Shown: positions 13,656 through 26,980, counted from the first letter of the whole stretch. The stretch is DNA of 63,969 bases, filler included, from Octopus bimaculoides (GCF_001194135.2; 4 parts of 4 records of this genome joined end to end with filler, not necessarily neighbours in it), one strand, 5' to 3'. Numbers and translations are program-made. Notes: generated by a model not told the origin, from the sequence alone.

Positions 13656-14899
13656 GTTAGCACTACTGCCTCGAACTGATACTCTTTTTATCCTCTCCAA
13701 AGTGTTGAAAAGGAAAATTGACCTCAGGAAGATTTGAATTCAGTGCGTAGACAGCGAAAACAAACATATACTACATATGTTTCGCTCATGCCACTAACGA
13801 CATTGTCAGTTTGTTACCTTTACTCTGAAACCTATGATGCATGTATTATACCTCGATCCATTTCCCAGTCTGTAAAGCTAAGGGTGGCCTTTCGAACTTT
13901 GTACATATACGATGGCGATCAAAGTGAAGTAAAGGGCACTACATCAAAGTGAGAGGTAAACAAACAGATAACTCTTAATTATCGATAATGAAGACGAAAG
14001 TAAATTACTTGGTGTCAAGTACACAAACCAAATATTTCCAGGATATTATATAGTATTGTAAAAATAAATATATATAGATAAAATATATACATACATAAAT
14101 GTATATACCCGTACATAAATACATATATACATGCATACAACACACACACATAGCATGAATACTTGCGGACCAACTCAATGCCTGGGAATCGAACCCGAAA
14201 TCATTGTGTTCAAATGTGAAATTAACAATAAATAACAAACAGGATTCTGTCAAGTTTTGATGACGTCAGCTAACTACTAGCCATTCAGATCTCTGGAAGA
14301 CACAACAAGAGCTTGTACTTTTTAGCAGTAGATAGTTGACTTACGAAAACAATAGAACAAAAACTGCTCAGCTAATTAGATCCAAAATGGGATAAACAAC
14401 TCATGGTTTTGTTATTAACGATTTTGTCTTTGTCACCTTTCCTATGACAGACTTTGGTTATATATAGATGGTGTGTCTGGTAACTAGTGAGTGGTAGTAA
14501 AACAACTGTGATCAATGGTTGCAGGAATTTACGCCACTCAACACATTGTTGACACACACATCTCTCATACACACACATCTCTCATACACACACACGTTGT
14601 AAATATCTTTTTTCCGTCCTAAGTTGCAACAACATTTTTTTTGTTAATGTTAATATATATTTTTTATTTGACACTTCACACAGACTTTTGTCCGTCTGTC
14701 TCAACTAATCAAAATATTCCTTTCATTAGACACACACACACACACACATGTGAATTAATACTGACTTTTATCAGACACTTTGTATATTTATAAATAAATA
14801 TGTAAATATACGATAAATAAGACCCCAAAGTACGATATATAGACGCATATAACGCTGAAGGATTGTACCTGATTGATTTGGAAATTTGTTTTCCCAAAT

Positions 14900-14932
<33 letters not shown>

Positions 14933-14989
14933 ACATAATATGTGTGTGTACATAATATGTGTGTGTGTGTACACATAATGAATATATAT

Positions 14990-15273
14990 GCGTGGCTTAG
15001 TGGTTAGGGTATTCGGCTCACGATAGTAAGGTCGTGAGTTCAATTCCTGGTGACACGTTATGTCCTTGAGCAAGGCACTTTATTTCATGTTGGTCCAGTT
15101 CACTCAGCTGGCAAAAATGAGTAGTACATGTGTCACGCTGAACCTCCTTGAGAACTACGTTAAGAGTATACGTGTCTGTGGAGTGCTCAGCCACTTATAC
15201 GCTAATTTAACAAGCAAGCTGTTCCGTTGATCGTATCAGCTGGGACCCTCGTCGTCGTAACCGACGGAGTGCT
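14990..15273 (+). mobile_element. tRNA-derived SINE, family C (TGTCCTTGAGCAAGGCACTT domain)
   Basis: A-box TGGCTTAGTGG and B-box GAGTTCAATTCC; a related decayed copy is at 7965-8100. Confidence 0.75.
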
Positions 15274-15839
15274 CCTATATATATATATATATATATNNNN
15301 NNNNNNNNNNNNNNNNNNNNNNNNNNNNNNNNNNNNNNNNNNNNNNNNNNNNNNNNNNNNNNNNNNNNNNNNNNNNNNNNNNNNNNNNNNNNNNNNNNNN
15401 NNNNNNNNNNNNNNNNNNNNNNNNNNNNNNNNNNNNNNNNNNNNNNNNNNNNNNNNNNNNNNNNNNNNNNNNNNNNNNNNNNNNNNNNNNNNNNNNNNNN
15501 NNNNNNNNNNNNNNNNNNNNNNNNNNNNNNNNNNNNNNNNNNNNNNNNNNNNNNNNNNNNNNNNNNNNNNNNNNNNNNNNNNNNNNNNNNNNNNNNNNNN
15601 NNNNNNNNNNNNNNNNNNNNNNNNNNNNNNNNNNNNNNNNNNNNNNNNNNNNNNNNNNNNNNNNNNNNNNNNNNNNNNNNNNNNNNNNNNNNNNNNNNNN
15701 NNNNNNNNNNNNNNNNNNNNNNNNNNNNNNNNNNNNNNNNNNNNNNNNNNNNNNNNNNNNNNNNNNNNNNNNNNNNNNNNNNNNNNNNNNNNNNNNNNNN
15801 NNNNNNNNNNNNNNNNNNNNNNNNNNNNNNNNNNNNNNN

Positions 15840-15880
<41 letters not shown>

Positions 15881-16315
15881 AAATGAATACCGCAGTTGAG
15901 TAGCTTTCTACAGCATATCTACGTTAAGTAAGATATACAGAATGCTATTTTAATCTTACACTGCTTCCGTCACTGCGAATGTATTTTTAGCAAGCCTGCC
16001 GGCTACTTGCGTCACCTTTGATTTATTAATCAGTTTTCTATATCAGTAAAGGCTAAATTTATCCAAGCATGCGGTTGCTAGTGCATGTTTGCTACTCTTG
16101 ACTTGCAAATGCGCAGAAATCTAGATTTAGCAATTTCAAAGACGAAAATATCCACCAGAGGATATTTTCGTCTGTTACTTGTATTCTTCTGTGTTTTTCT
16201 TTAGCACTATAGTTCCATATATGGTTTTCTACAGTATATACGTGTCAAGACATACAGAAACACACGCACGTATACACATACACACAACACACACACAGAC
16301 GTATGTACATATGTA

Positions 16316-17943
16316 CAGTAGTGGACATAATATAAGGGTAAGTAAGAATAAAGTGTATTGAAATATTTTTATAAAAGATTAACAAAACATTGAGACTAGA
16401 TATCTTACACATATTTTAGACATGTATATAATATCTATCTTTTGTGAAAATTTCAAGTGAAAGGAATAAATATTTCATATGTTATGAGGAAATAAACAAA
16501 TAATCTTCGAAACTGCAACGGCCAAAAGCTAAGGGTCACTTGGAAAACCAATGGAAAATGGAACAAGAACAAAAAAGAAATCCTTACTATCAATATTTTG
16601 TGAACATCCCTTCACTATCAATGACCTTCTGACGTCTGTTACTCCTGAATTAATTTCATGCAAAATGATGGAGTAATATTGTTCCATTCGCTTTTCAATA
16701 ATCCCAGAGTTCATCTTTGGATTTCTCCTCCTCGCCCCATCTTCAATAATCTTCCAAACGTTTTATATAGGGTTGAGATCGGGACTTTGAGGTGGCCAGT
16801 TCATGAGATCAACCTCTTCATCATTCAAAAAATCTTTGAATCTTTTTGCAGTGTGACAGAGAGCGTTGTCCTGCACGGAGATAGGAGGTTGAACTGACGA
16901 GGTTCGGAGACGTGGAAGGGGATGCTGTCTAAGAATCTGCTTGTAGATTTCAGCATTGACAGTCCCTTGTAGGTGAATAAGTGGACCAGAACCACCAGCA
17001 GAGATCACTCCCCATACCATTACACTGCTTCTCCACATGTCTTCTCCACATGTCTTATTCATACATGCACGAGATAACCTTTTACCCCTTCTTCGTCGGA
17101 CGTACATCCCGCCATTGGAACCAATCACATTAAACTTTGATTCATCACTAAAATGAATCTGCGACCACTGTTCTTCTGTCTAAATGACATACTCGTGAGC
17201 GAAATGAAGACGGGCTCTTTGATTCTTCTGGGAGATCAGAGGTTTCTTTGCCGGTGCTCGAGCAAGCAACCCAGAATTTCGTAACCTCCGAGAAACTGTT
17301 TTGCGCGATACGTTGACATCGGAAGTGGAGCTAAACTCACGGAATATCTCAGCAGCACTCTTAAACCTTTCCTTCACTGACATTCTAACCATAATACGAT
17401 CCTGTCTTGGTGAAGTTTTACGAGGTCTACCGGTTTGGGGTTTAGCATCTGTCGATCCTGACGACTTAAAACGAGCTACAATTCGTTGCATAACACTTCT
17501 GGCCCTTCCTACAGTAGTTGCTATCACAGAATTTGACTTGCTCTCTTGGCGAAGGCACACAATCCTTTGTTTTCCATCACAGGATGGAAAACAGTCGTCT
17601 CTTACAAGCCGCCACATTGACAGTTGAATGTTCCAATAATGTAAGATCATAAGAAGTAACTGTTAGCCCATTAACAGTCTTCTAAACAACAAATACTTCG
17701 GTTAGTAGGTCATTTTTTAAACAGTCACCCTTAACTTTTGGCCACTGCAATTTGGAAGATTGTTTGTTAATTCCTCATAACTTACGAAATATTTATTCCA
17801 TTCACTTGAAATTTTCACAAAAGATAGATATTAGATATATCTAAATATGTGTAAAATATCTAGTGTCAACATTTTGTTAATCTTCTATAATAAATATTTC
17901 AGTACACTTGTTCTTACTGACCCTTATATTATGGCCGCTACTG
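16316..17943 (-). mobile_element. Complete Tc1-family DNA transposon (DD34E type) with ~220-bp IR/DR-type TIRs and an inactivated transposase
   Basis: TA|CAGTAG...CTACTG|TA ends. TIRs at 16316-16539 and 17724-17943. Protein motifs GRPRKT, FSDESKF, VMVWG, QDNA and WPPQSPDLNPI*N, with two stops and a frameshift from an 11-nt duplication. Confidence 0.95.
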
Positions 17944-19029
17944 TATATGCATATACGTATGCATACATATATACATAAATATTTAAAACCGCAAACACAT
18001 ACATACATACATACATACATACATACATACATACATAGATGCATACATACATGCATACATATTCAATTCGTAATTGTTAAGGCAATTTTTTGTAAAAAGT
18101 TAAAATTCATAAAAACGTCCGTTTCAATGTTTAGAACCAAAGCTAAAAAAAACAATAACTTTTTTTTACGATTAATCATCGCAATTAATTACTTTTTAAA
18201 GTTAATAAAGTTAAAACCGTGCAATAAAGTTAAAATAAGGCTAACAAAATGAAATTTTACCGAAAAGAATTTTTTGCTTTGATTAGATACTGAAAAGAAT
18301 GAATAAATTCATTGATATATATTTTTATGTATTGATTAAACCTAAATTTGATACATATTTCTGCTAGTTTTTAGTAGAACTATTGTATTGGACTACCACT
18401 TCGGAGCTATTTTTAGCACTCCCTATAGCTTGTCCTACTCTTCTATGTTGAAAATTATTTGACATCATGAACATCCAGTCATTTGAACACAAACAAAAGT
18501 CTCGTATGTCTATATAGTTTTTCTGTAAGACAAATTTCCGATTTCAAGGTACTTTAACCAATATTAGTTATTGGCGATCGATACCAACTGCTAATATTGA
18601 TTATATGCATCTTTTTTTCCCATTCATGAAACAAGCCTCTTTAAGCATAGAATTATTTATTACCATCCAATTGTAAGTGTATTTACTCACAGTTATAATT
18701 CTTTGCACCTGTTATTTAGGAATTTTAAATTTACCACCGGAGGTAAGTACTTTTCCTTGCCAGTCTTTTCACTTTACATAAATGTACAGTATGCAAGCTG
18801 TTTCTCAATAATATTTCGATATATATTTTTTGTGTATCGTTTAAATTTGTTGTTAACCATTGTGCAAGCTTTTATTTGAAGTTAATTGAATAGAATCGTT
18901 TTCTTTCGTCGTTTCGATGCTGGACCTTTTTGAAGTTGATTGTGGAGTTCGTTTGTCATTGCCTTATTGAGCTGCCTTTTTCCTATTTCAAGTAATTTAA
19001 ATTTTGATTAGTATGATTTTCATATTCTT

Positions 19030-20100
19030 AACTCAGATGCCAAAGCCATACACAAGTCAGAAGGAAAAAACCCTTGAATTAAAAAAAAAAAAAATTCACA
19101 AAAGAATTTATATTGACCCACAATAACCAATTACACTTCAAACTGAGCCCTGTTGATATCAAAATGCGATAAAAAACATTTTGTTGAGTCGTACAGAATG
19201 AGTAAAAAACATTAAAACCATCTTAAAAAGACAATTAAAATTGAACAATAAATCTTGGGGTGCAATGTTGACCAAAGCGTTTTTTGAGGCCGACATTCCT
19301 TTGCAAAAGCTCACTAATCCAAGTCTGAAAAGTCTCTTAGATTCTGTCAATAAGCCACTGCCATCTCAACCTACATGCCGAAAATATGTTGATATGCTTA
19401 GTGTAAACACGGTTGAAAATTGCAAGAACTGCCTGGCTGATCAAAAAATATTTTTAGTTGTTGATGCAAGTGAAATCAATGACAAAAAAAAATTGTTAAT
19501 GTACTTGTTGGTTCTGAATAGAATGTTTGCCACTCGAATTAGCTCTAACTGCCACAGTCGTCGCTCAGATCATCGAAGATTCATTAAGAAGTATGGCGGT
19601 TCTATGAGAAAATTTTCTTCTACGATTGTCTGCTGCCGCTCGGTATATGGTAGTTGCTGGAAAAACATTGCAAGTTATGTACACTAAGCTCTTCCATGTA
19701 ACCTGCTTCTCCCACCTACTGCACAACTGTGCTCTAAAAATAAATGCTTTCTATCCTGCAATCGATTGTCTGATTGCTACTGTGGAAATATACACCGTCG
19801 AAAGTAATTCAAAACAATCGGATACCCCACTCAGCCAATTGTGACCAGGTAGGACAGCTGGTTGGAAACATGCAGTTACTATACCAAGAACCACGCAGAA
19901 GTTGCAAAAATTGTAGAAAATTTTGAAGATGAAGGCATTTTGGTGCGGAGAGCGAAAGAAACTATACGAAATCCTGAGATCAGGAGTCACCTCATCCGAA
20001 TCTGTTCAAACTATCTACAGTTGAAAGAGTTGATTTCGAAAGCTGAGTCAACAGCCTTCCCTATTTACAATGCTTACAAAAGCCTCGAAAAATAGAAATT
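19030..20100 (+). mobile_element. hAT-superfamily transposase remnant (CGGBP1-related type)
   Basis: Contains ADIPLQKLTNPSLKSLL, KIFLVVD and AARYMVVAGKTL..FHVTCFSHLLHNCA, with several frameshifts. TIRs were not identified. Confidence 0.7.
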
Positions 20101-20894
20101 CAACGAAGACTCATGTTGCATCATAATTTACAGTGATTTTAGATTCAATAAAAACCAAATCAATTCGATAACACTGGGAACCAAAAAAAAATTTCGTCAT
20201 GCTATTTGAACTTTTTCAGCTGATTTAGGATAATTTTAGGGTGTTGAATCCTTTTACTTTGATTTAGCGCTTTAGCGCAGGTTGTTTTATTGTTTCTCTG
20301 CGTCCGCCATTTTATATGTACAAAAATCGAAAGATGTCTGGCTATGATCTCAGAGACTAAGAACAGGATAGATTTGCTAAATATGATGGTGGATTTTATG
20401 TCGGTTTCGACGATGTGCATTCAGCTGCGCAAACCACCGAATTCCTTCCTGGATGTGAAATTATAACAACTTCAGAAGAAACCAGAAAAAATAGTGAAAC
20501 GTGTTGGTTAAAAAAAAAAAAAAAAAAAAAGAACAAAGTACCAATCAAGGGAGTCGATCACGGGGCCTTGTGATTACGAATTGAACTTCCAGAATTCTTC
20601 AATGGAGAATCTATGAAATACTTTGCAAATAGACAGAAAACTGTTGATTGTATCACACTAACATGACAGACAGCACCCATATCAAATATCCTTTTCTACT
20701 CTAGGCACAAGGCTCGAAATTTTTGGAGAGGTGGCTAGTCGGTTAGATCGACCCCAGTATGCAACTGGTATTTAATTTATCGACCTCGAAAGAATGAAAA
20801 GCAAAGTCGACCTAGCAGGATTTGAACTCAGAACGTAAAGACAAACGAAATACCGCTAAGCATTTCGACTCAAGTATCTTCTCTAGTTTCTCAC

Positions 20895-21945
20895 TAGGTA
20901 TGAGTGGGAAACTGGAAAAGATACTCGGATGACTGCTTTATATTCTGGAAAAGAAGTAAGGAAAACCTTAAATTTTTTTTTGAAATAATAAACAGCGTCC
21001 ATGGATCAATCCAATTCACTATGGAAATGAATGAAAGGGAACTCCCCTTCCTAGATATCTTAATAATTAAAGAGAATGAGATTATAACAACTGACCTCTG
21101 TTACAAAAACACGGACACACCAATATTTAGACTTCAGATCTTGCCATCCTTCCCATACAAAAAGGAACATACCCTTTAATATGGCAAGACGAATATGTAC
21201 AGTAGTTTCGGAGACAAATAGAAGAGAAAGACGACTTGCAGAACTTAACTTGTTCCTTGAAAAACAAAAATACCCCACCAAACTAATAGACCGAGCGATA
21301 ACTGAAGCTAAAAATATCCCAATTTCTAAACCAAGAAGAAAAAACACTCACACTGAGGATAAACGGAAACATGAACATAAAAATATCCCATTTGTTATCA
21401 CTCACAATCCCAGGAACCACAATATTCTACAAACAGCCAAACGCCTTCTTCCAGTTCTACACCAGTCCCCATGTCTCCGACAAATAATCAATAATCAAGG
21501 AACAACAAATAATCAACAGCCGAAGGCAACCACCAAATCTTAAAGAAACTTCTAACCAAAGCAAGATTTGCATCAAGGGAAGAAATGCTGCAAGTTACCA
21601 AATGTGGAGACCCCCGATGAGGGACATGTCATTTAATAGAACAGGGACCAGCCCAAAAAATTCAAGAATGGAAAAGAATTAAAGGTGAATGCAAATATGA
21701 ACTGTAAAAGCAAAAGCCTGATATATTGTATAACATGCCCACAATGCAACGAATATTATATTGGGGAAACAACAACGAAACTAACCAACCAGGTAAATGT
21801 GCACAGACATCAAATAAAACATCCCGCACTTAGATGTATACCATGTAAGCGATCATTTGGACACCTGTGCACAATGAAAATTTACAATTTTCCCTCTTCA
21901 TTAAATAAACGAAGATTTCTGAGTCCGAAACTAAACCGGAAATAG
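20895..21945 (+). mobile_element. Penelope-like element fragment (RT C-terminal half plus GIY-YIG)
   Basis: Contains WKRYSDDCFIFW, IQFTME...LPFLDI and LIYCITCPQCNEYYIGET. Confidence 0.9.
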
Positions 21946-22217
21946 TCAACAAGAATTTTACTGAAAACAACTTTCACTATATGTAATAACACGTGCTTGA
22001 AAACGTTAAGAACTGAAAGCGCTCGCACATCTATAAAAGCAAAAGCCACACACATTTTTTGAAATCGCTTCCCAAAGGTTAGTGCCTTTCGACTTTCTAA
22101 AAAGGTTCTTTTCTCAATATTAACTCTTTGAGAAAAAAAAATCTTCTCTCCAAATATTATAACTGTATCAAGGAATTTCCAAAACACTCCATATATATAT
22201 ATATATATATATATATA

Positions 22218-22317
22218 NNNNNNNNNNNNNNNNNNNNNNNNNNNNNNNNNNNNNNNNNNNNTTAATTAATTAANNNNNNNNNNNNNNNNNNNNNNNNNNN
22301 NNNNNNNNNNNNNNNNN
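22218..22317. other. Artificial scaffold-join spacer N44-TTAATTAATTAA-N44
   Basis: Exactly 100 bp; the same layout recurs at 41181-41280 and 58536-58635. Confidence 0.9.
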
Positions 22318-22362
22318 TATATATATATATATATGTGCGCGCGTGCGTGCGTGCGTGCGTGC

Positions 22363-22408
<46 letters not shown>

Positions 22409-22524
22409 ATTATGTATACATCTATATATTCCAAATTCTCCCCAAAAAATATTTAATTCTCTGCACCTGAAAAAATATTGAATTCACTTATATCTGATGT
22501 GCGTTATATATTCTACTTTAATAC

Positions 22525-22564
<40 letters not shown>

Positions 22565-22692
22565 CGTATGTATGCATGTANNNNNNNNNNNNNNNNNNNN
22601 NNNNNNNNNNNNNNNNNNNNNNNNNNNNNNNNNNNNNNNNNNNNNNNNNNNNNNNNNNNNNNNNNNNNNNNNNNNNNNNNTGTGTGTGTGTG

Positions 22693-22726
<34 letters not shown>

Positions 22727-23128
22727 ATCATTTCCCTTTCATTCAGTCTCATTTCCTCTCGTTCTCTGTCTATCAGTCCTCTTTCTCTCTCTGTCTTTTG
22801 CTTGATGTACTTTATATCTGTTCATGAATGCACGAGTACGTATGTGCTTTTATCTATCTATCTATCGATCGATCGCTCGAACGATCTCAGAGATGATGAG
22901 AGCAGAAACAGAGAAAATGGGAGATAAATAGGTTGAGAAAAAGAGTGGAGGGTAAAGCGAAAGAAAGGAGAAATGGAGATGGTAACAGAGGTAAAAGTGT
23001 TGGAAAACGTTGCGTGTTTGGGAAGAAATAAGGGTCCAGTTGGTGTGTGATACTTGCTCCATTTTCAGAAGACATTGTTATTCTGTTGCTGTTTGTAGTG
23101 GTGATGGTATCGGTGGAATAATGATTTA

Positions 23129-23160
<32 letters not shown>

Positions 23161-23161
<1 letters not shown>

Positions 23162-24611
23162 TTATGTTTGACTTTTGTTTTGCATTTGTACAAGTTGGAT
23201 CCAAGTCTCACCCAGAGACCTCAAGAGACAACAAGTTAGAAGTTCATGTAGGTGTTATGCCTAGGGTACCATATATTTGCATTTGTACAGTTTTGTTCAA
23301 GTGAATGTTTAAGAAACCATAAGAAAATTATGTGTTTGCTTTAAAATTTGAGATCACATAGACAGTATTTTACGTAGGATATGGGCAGTTCCCATGAGCA
23401 CTATCTTTTGAACTTCAGCCATTTTGGGGTTTCCTGGTATCTGAGCTAGGNNNNNNNNNNNNNNNNNNNNNNNNNNNNNNNNNNNNNNNNNNNNNNNNNN
23501 NNNNNNNNNNNNNNNNNNNNNNNNNNNNNNNNNNNNNNNNNNNNNNNNNNNNNNNNNNNNNNNNNNNNNNNNNNNNNNNNNNNNNNNNNNNNNNNNNNNN
23601 NNNNNNNNNNNNNNNNNNNNNNNNNNNNNNNNNNNNNNNNNNNNNNNNNNNNNNNNNNNNNNNNNNNNNNNNNNNNNNNNNNNNNNNNNNNNNNNNNNNN
23701 NNNNNNNNNNNNNNNNNNNNNNNNNNNNNNNNNNNNNNNNNNNNNNNNNNNNNNNNNNNNNNNNNNNNNNNNNNNNNNNNNNNNNNNNNNNNNNNNNNNN
23801 NNNNNNNNNNNNNNNNNNNNNNNNNNNNNNNNNNNNNNNNNNNNNNNNNNNNNNNNNNNNNNNNNNNNNNNNNNNNNNNNNNNNNNNNNNNNNNNNNNNN
23901 NNNNNNNNNNNNNNNNNNNNNNNNNNNNNNNNNNNNNNNNNNNNNNNNNNNNNNNNNNNNNNNNNNNNNNNNNNNNNNNNNNNNNNNNNNNNNNNNNNNN
24001 NNNNNNNNNNNNNNNNNNNNNNNNNNNNNNNNNNNNNNNNNNNNNNNNNNNNNNNNNNNNNNNNNNNNNNNNNNNNNNNNNNNNNNNNNNNNNNNNNNNN
24101 NNNNNNNNNNNNNNNNNNNNNNNNNNNNNNNNNNNNNNNNNNNNNNNNNNNNNNNNNNNNNNNNNNNNNNNNNNNNNNNNNNNNNNNNNNNNNNNNNNNN
24201 NNNNNNNNNNNNNNNNNNNNNNNNNNNNNNNNNNNNNNNNNNNNNNNNNNNNNNNNNNNNNNNNNNNNNNNNNNNNNNNNNNNNNNNNNNNNNNNNNNNN
24301 NNNNNNNNNNNNNNNNNNNNNNNNNNNNNNNNNNNNNNNNNNNNNNNNNNNNNNNNNNNNNNNNNNNNNNATTCTATGCATTGTCAACAGTTTTCGTATT
24401 TTTCTGCCAACATTACATATTTCAGTAATTGACCAGTTAACGATGTTGAAACTGTAAGTCACGACTGGTATGGCTAGAGCATTGATCGCTTCGATCCTGT
24501 TTCTCGCGTTCAGCTCTGTCTTCAGTATTGTTCTCACCCTGCGATAACATTCTCTTCTGATCCTTTCCCTCATCACTGAGTGCTTGATATTGTCCCCTTC
24601 AATTACCCCTA
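23161..24611 (-). mobile_element. 5'-truncated R4/Dong-type LINE flanked on both sides by (TAA)n
   Basis: Contains RRVRTILKTELNARNRIEAINALAIPV and the C-terminus EVQKIVLMGTAHILRKILSM*, then a 3'UTR and (AAT)n; the middle is a gap. Confidence 0.85.
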
Positions 24612-24612
24612 G

Positions 24613-24656
<44 letters not shown>

Positions 24657-24868
24657 GGCGGTGAGCTGGCAGAATCGTTAGCGCGTCGGGCGAAGTGCTT
24701 AACGGCATTTCGTCTGTCTTCATGTTCTGAGTTCAAATACCGCCGGCATTGACTTCGCCTGTCATCCTTTCCGGGTCGATAAATTAAATACCAGTGAAAC
24801 ACTGGGGTCAATGTAATCGATTAGTCCCCTCACCACAAATTTGAGGTGTTATGCCTCCAGTAGAAAGG
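24657..24868 (+). mobile_element. tRNA-derived SINE, family A, between (ATT)n tracts
   Basis: Family head and core. Confidence 0.9.
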
Positions 24869-24895
24869 ATTATTATTATTATTATTATTATTATT

Positions 24896-25441
24896 GAGTG
24901 AGAGAGCAATGCATGCCATCACTGGGGTAAAATATACAAAGCCCTATATACCCATCATGACTACCCGTCTGATAAGGGTACACCAGGCACATGCATCACA
25001 ACCATATGTGCGAGACACGGCGATCTCATATCAAGATAAACAGCGCATGACCTCGCAGGTGGGGCCCAGTTAGAATTTTCTTTAGGTCGAGTAGCCCATC
25101 CCGCTCAAAAGGTCCCTGAATAAGGTTTGTTTAAGGATGTTGAGCAAAACACCCATGTTTCCAAAGGTGAATTATTCAAACCCCAAATAATTCAGTCTCA
25201 ACACATGGCTATGATGCTCCCCCACTACTTATGCTCATGATCAGAGATGCACATATCGTCAGCCACCAAGGGACATGCTCAACTGGGTAAGGTCAAACAA
25301 CTGACAAGCAAATCTGTGGTATTAAGCAGAATATTTGCTGTAGCCCATCTTTTATACCAAAACAAAACAATGTACATGATAACACTTCCAATCAATTAAG
25401 ATCAGGAGCCATGAGAGCCACTGCCTTGTACTGCATTCGGG

Positions 25442-25442
<1 letters not shown>
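24896..25442. mobile_element. Non-coding ~550-bp interspersed element between (ATT)n tracts, copy 1
   Basis: Colinear second copy at 53253-53745 with the same ends and the same flanks. Confidence 0.8.
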
Positions 25443-25483
<41 letters not shown>

Positions 25484-25487
<4 letters not shown>

Positions 25488-25745
25488 TGGTTTGATTTTT
25501 ATTGCGTGTTATCACTGCACTGCAGAGCGCACTTCTGTGTGCCTTGGGTATTTGGTGTAGTCTGTTTTATTGTTTTTACTCTTACTATATTGAACGTGAT
25601 TTCCGCAAGATGTGTGCGGTACCAAGCTGAGCTATTTTCTGCACTTCAGATATCATTGTAAGTCCTGGGGTTTTACTTATGTATTTGTTTGTATATTTTT
25701 TACCATATCTCGCCTGTTGCTGTTGTATTTTTATTTTACCCTTTC
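25484..25745 (-). mobile_element. R4/Dong-type LINE 3' end
   Basis: SEVQKIAQLGTAHILRK followed by a 3'UTR and (AAT)n. Confidence 0.75.
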
Positions 25746-25829
25746 ATCTATCCGCACTCGATAAAATAAAGTGCCAATAAAGACCACACAAGTGCAACGA
25801 ACCTCTGCAGAATGCACGAGAAGAGTAAG

Positions 25830-26430
25830 TCTTGCGCAGAAAGAGTACAAGCAGAGATACGATAAGGCATCCCAAAACCTTCACTGGCTACTATGACGGA
25901 AGTATGGATATGAGGTAACAGGTGTTTGGTACCAACATACACCACAGAAGGTAATGGACGAGAATGGGAAGGCAAAAATCCTCTGGAACTTTCTTTTGAC
26001 TGCCAGACAGACAAGGTGTTAGAGCACCGAAAGCCGGACATAGTAACCTTTAGGAGGGACAAAGAAATGCCTAATAATCGACGGGGCAGGACCAAGAGAT
26101 CATAATATTATCATGAAAGAGCAAAGATTGATAAATATGGAGAGCTGAGAATTGAGATCGCCAAGATGTGGCAGCTACGAAAGTCAAACAGACGTTGTCC
26201 TTATTGTCATCGGTACATTGGGTTCAATACCACCCAATCTGGAAACTTTAGAAATACCCTACATTCTAGGTGTATTGCAAACATCGGCATTACTTGGAAC
26301 TGCATGCATATTGCGTAAAGTACTGTCTGTCTGAGGTCCTTGTTGTGACTTAACAGACAGTACAAACCCCCGGTAGACACAATATCTTCAATCGACAACA
26401 GCACAATATTGGATACTGTGCGACGTCTTA
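25830..26430 (+). mobile_element. R4/Dong-type LINE 3' end (RLE domain)
   Basis: Contains LAQKEYK, EHRKPDIV and LQTSALLGTACILRKVLSV*, then (AAT)n. Confidence 0.85.
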
Positions 26431-26443
26431 AATAATAATAATG

Positions 26444-26514
<71 letters not shown>

Positions 26515-26866
26515 TTGATTTATTGGCTACCAGGACGAAGGATGAGAGGCGGGAGCAATACAAAGACGGTCATATGTTTGGGCATCTCCAATCAGTTCCT
26601 CGACGCCAAGCGTCAACCTGTTCTCTAACACTGTTGGTGTTTTCTGTGACATTATTGTTGTTCCCTTGATGTTTGTTGAAATTGGTACAGCAGGTGTTAT
26701 TCTTGTTGTAGCTGCATTCTGCCGCAGAGTGTTGCTCCCGAAACAGGTCGACTTTGCCTTCCATCCTTTCGGGGTCGATAAGTTCCAGTGAAACACTGGG
26801 GTCGATTTAATTGACTTGTCCTCTCCCCGCAAAATTTAGGACTTGTGCCTTCAGTAGAAAGAATTC

Positions 26867-26911
<45 letters not shown>

Positions 26912-26932
26912 GCAGCAGCAGCTGCAGTAGTG

Positions 26933-26980
<48 letters not shown>

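Noticed and set aside
21882-22187. 101-aa minus-strand ORF considered as a hAT fragment
   Set aside because: Resemblance too weak to assign, and it abuts a scaffold join.
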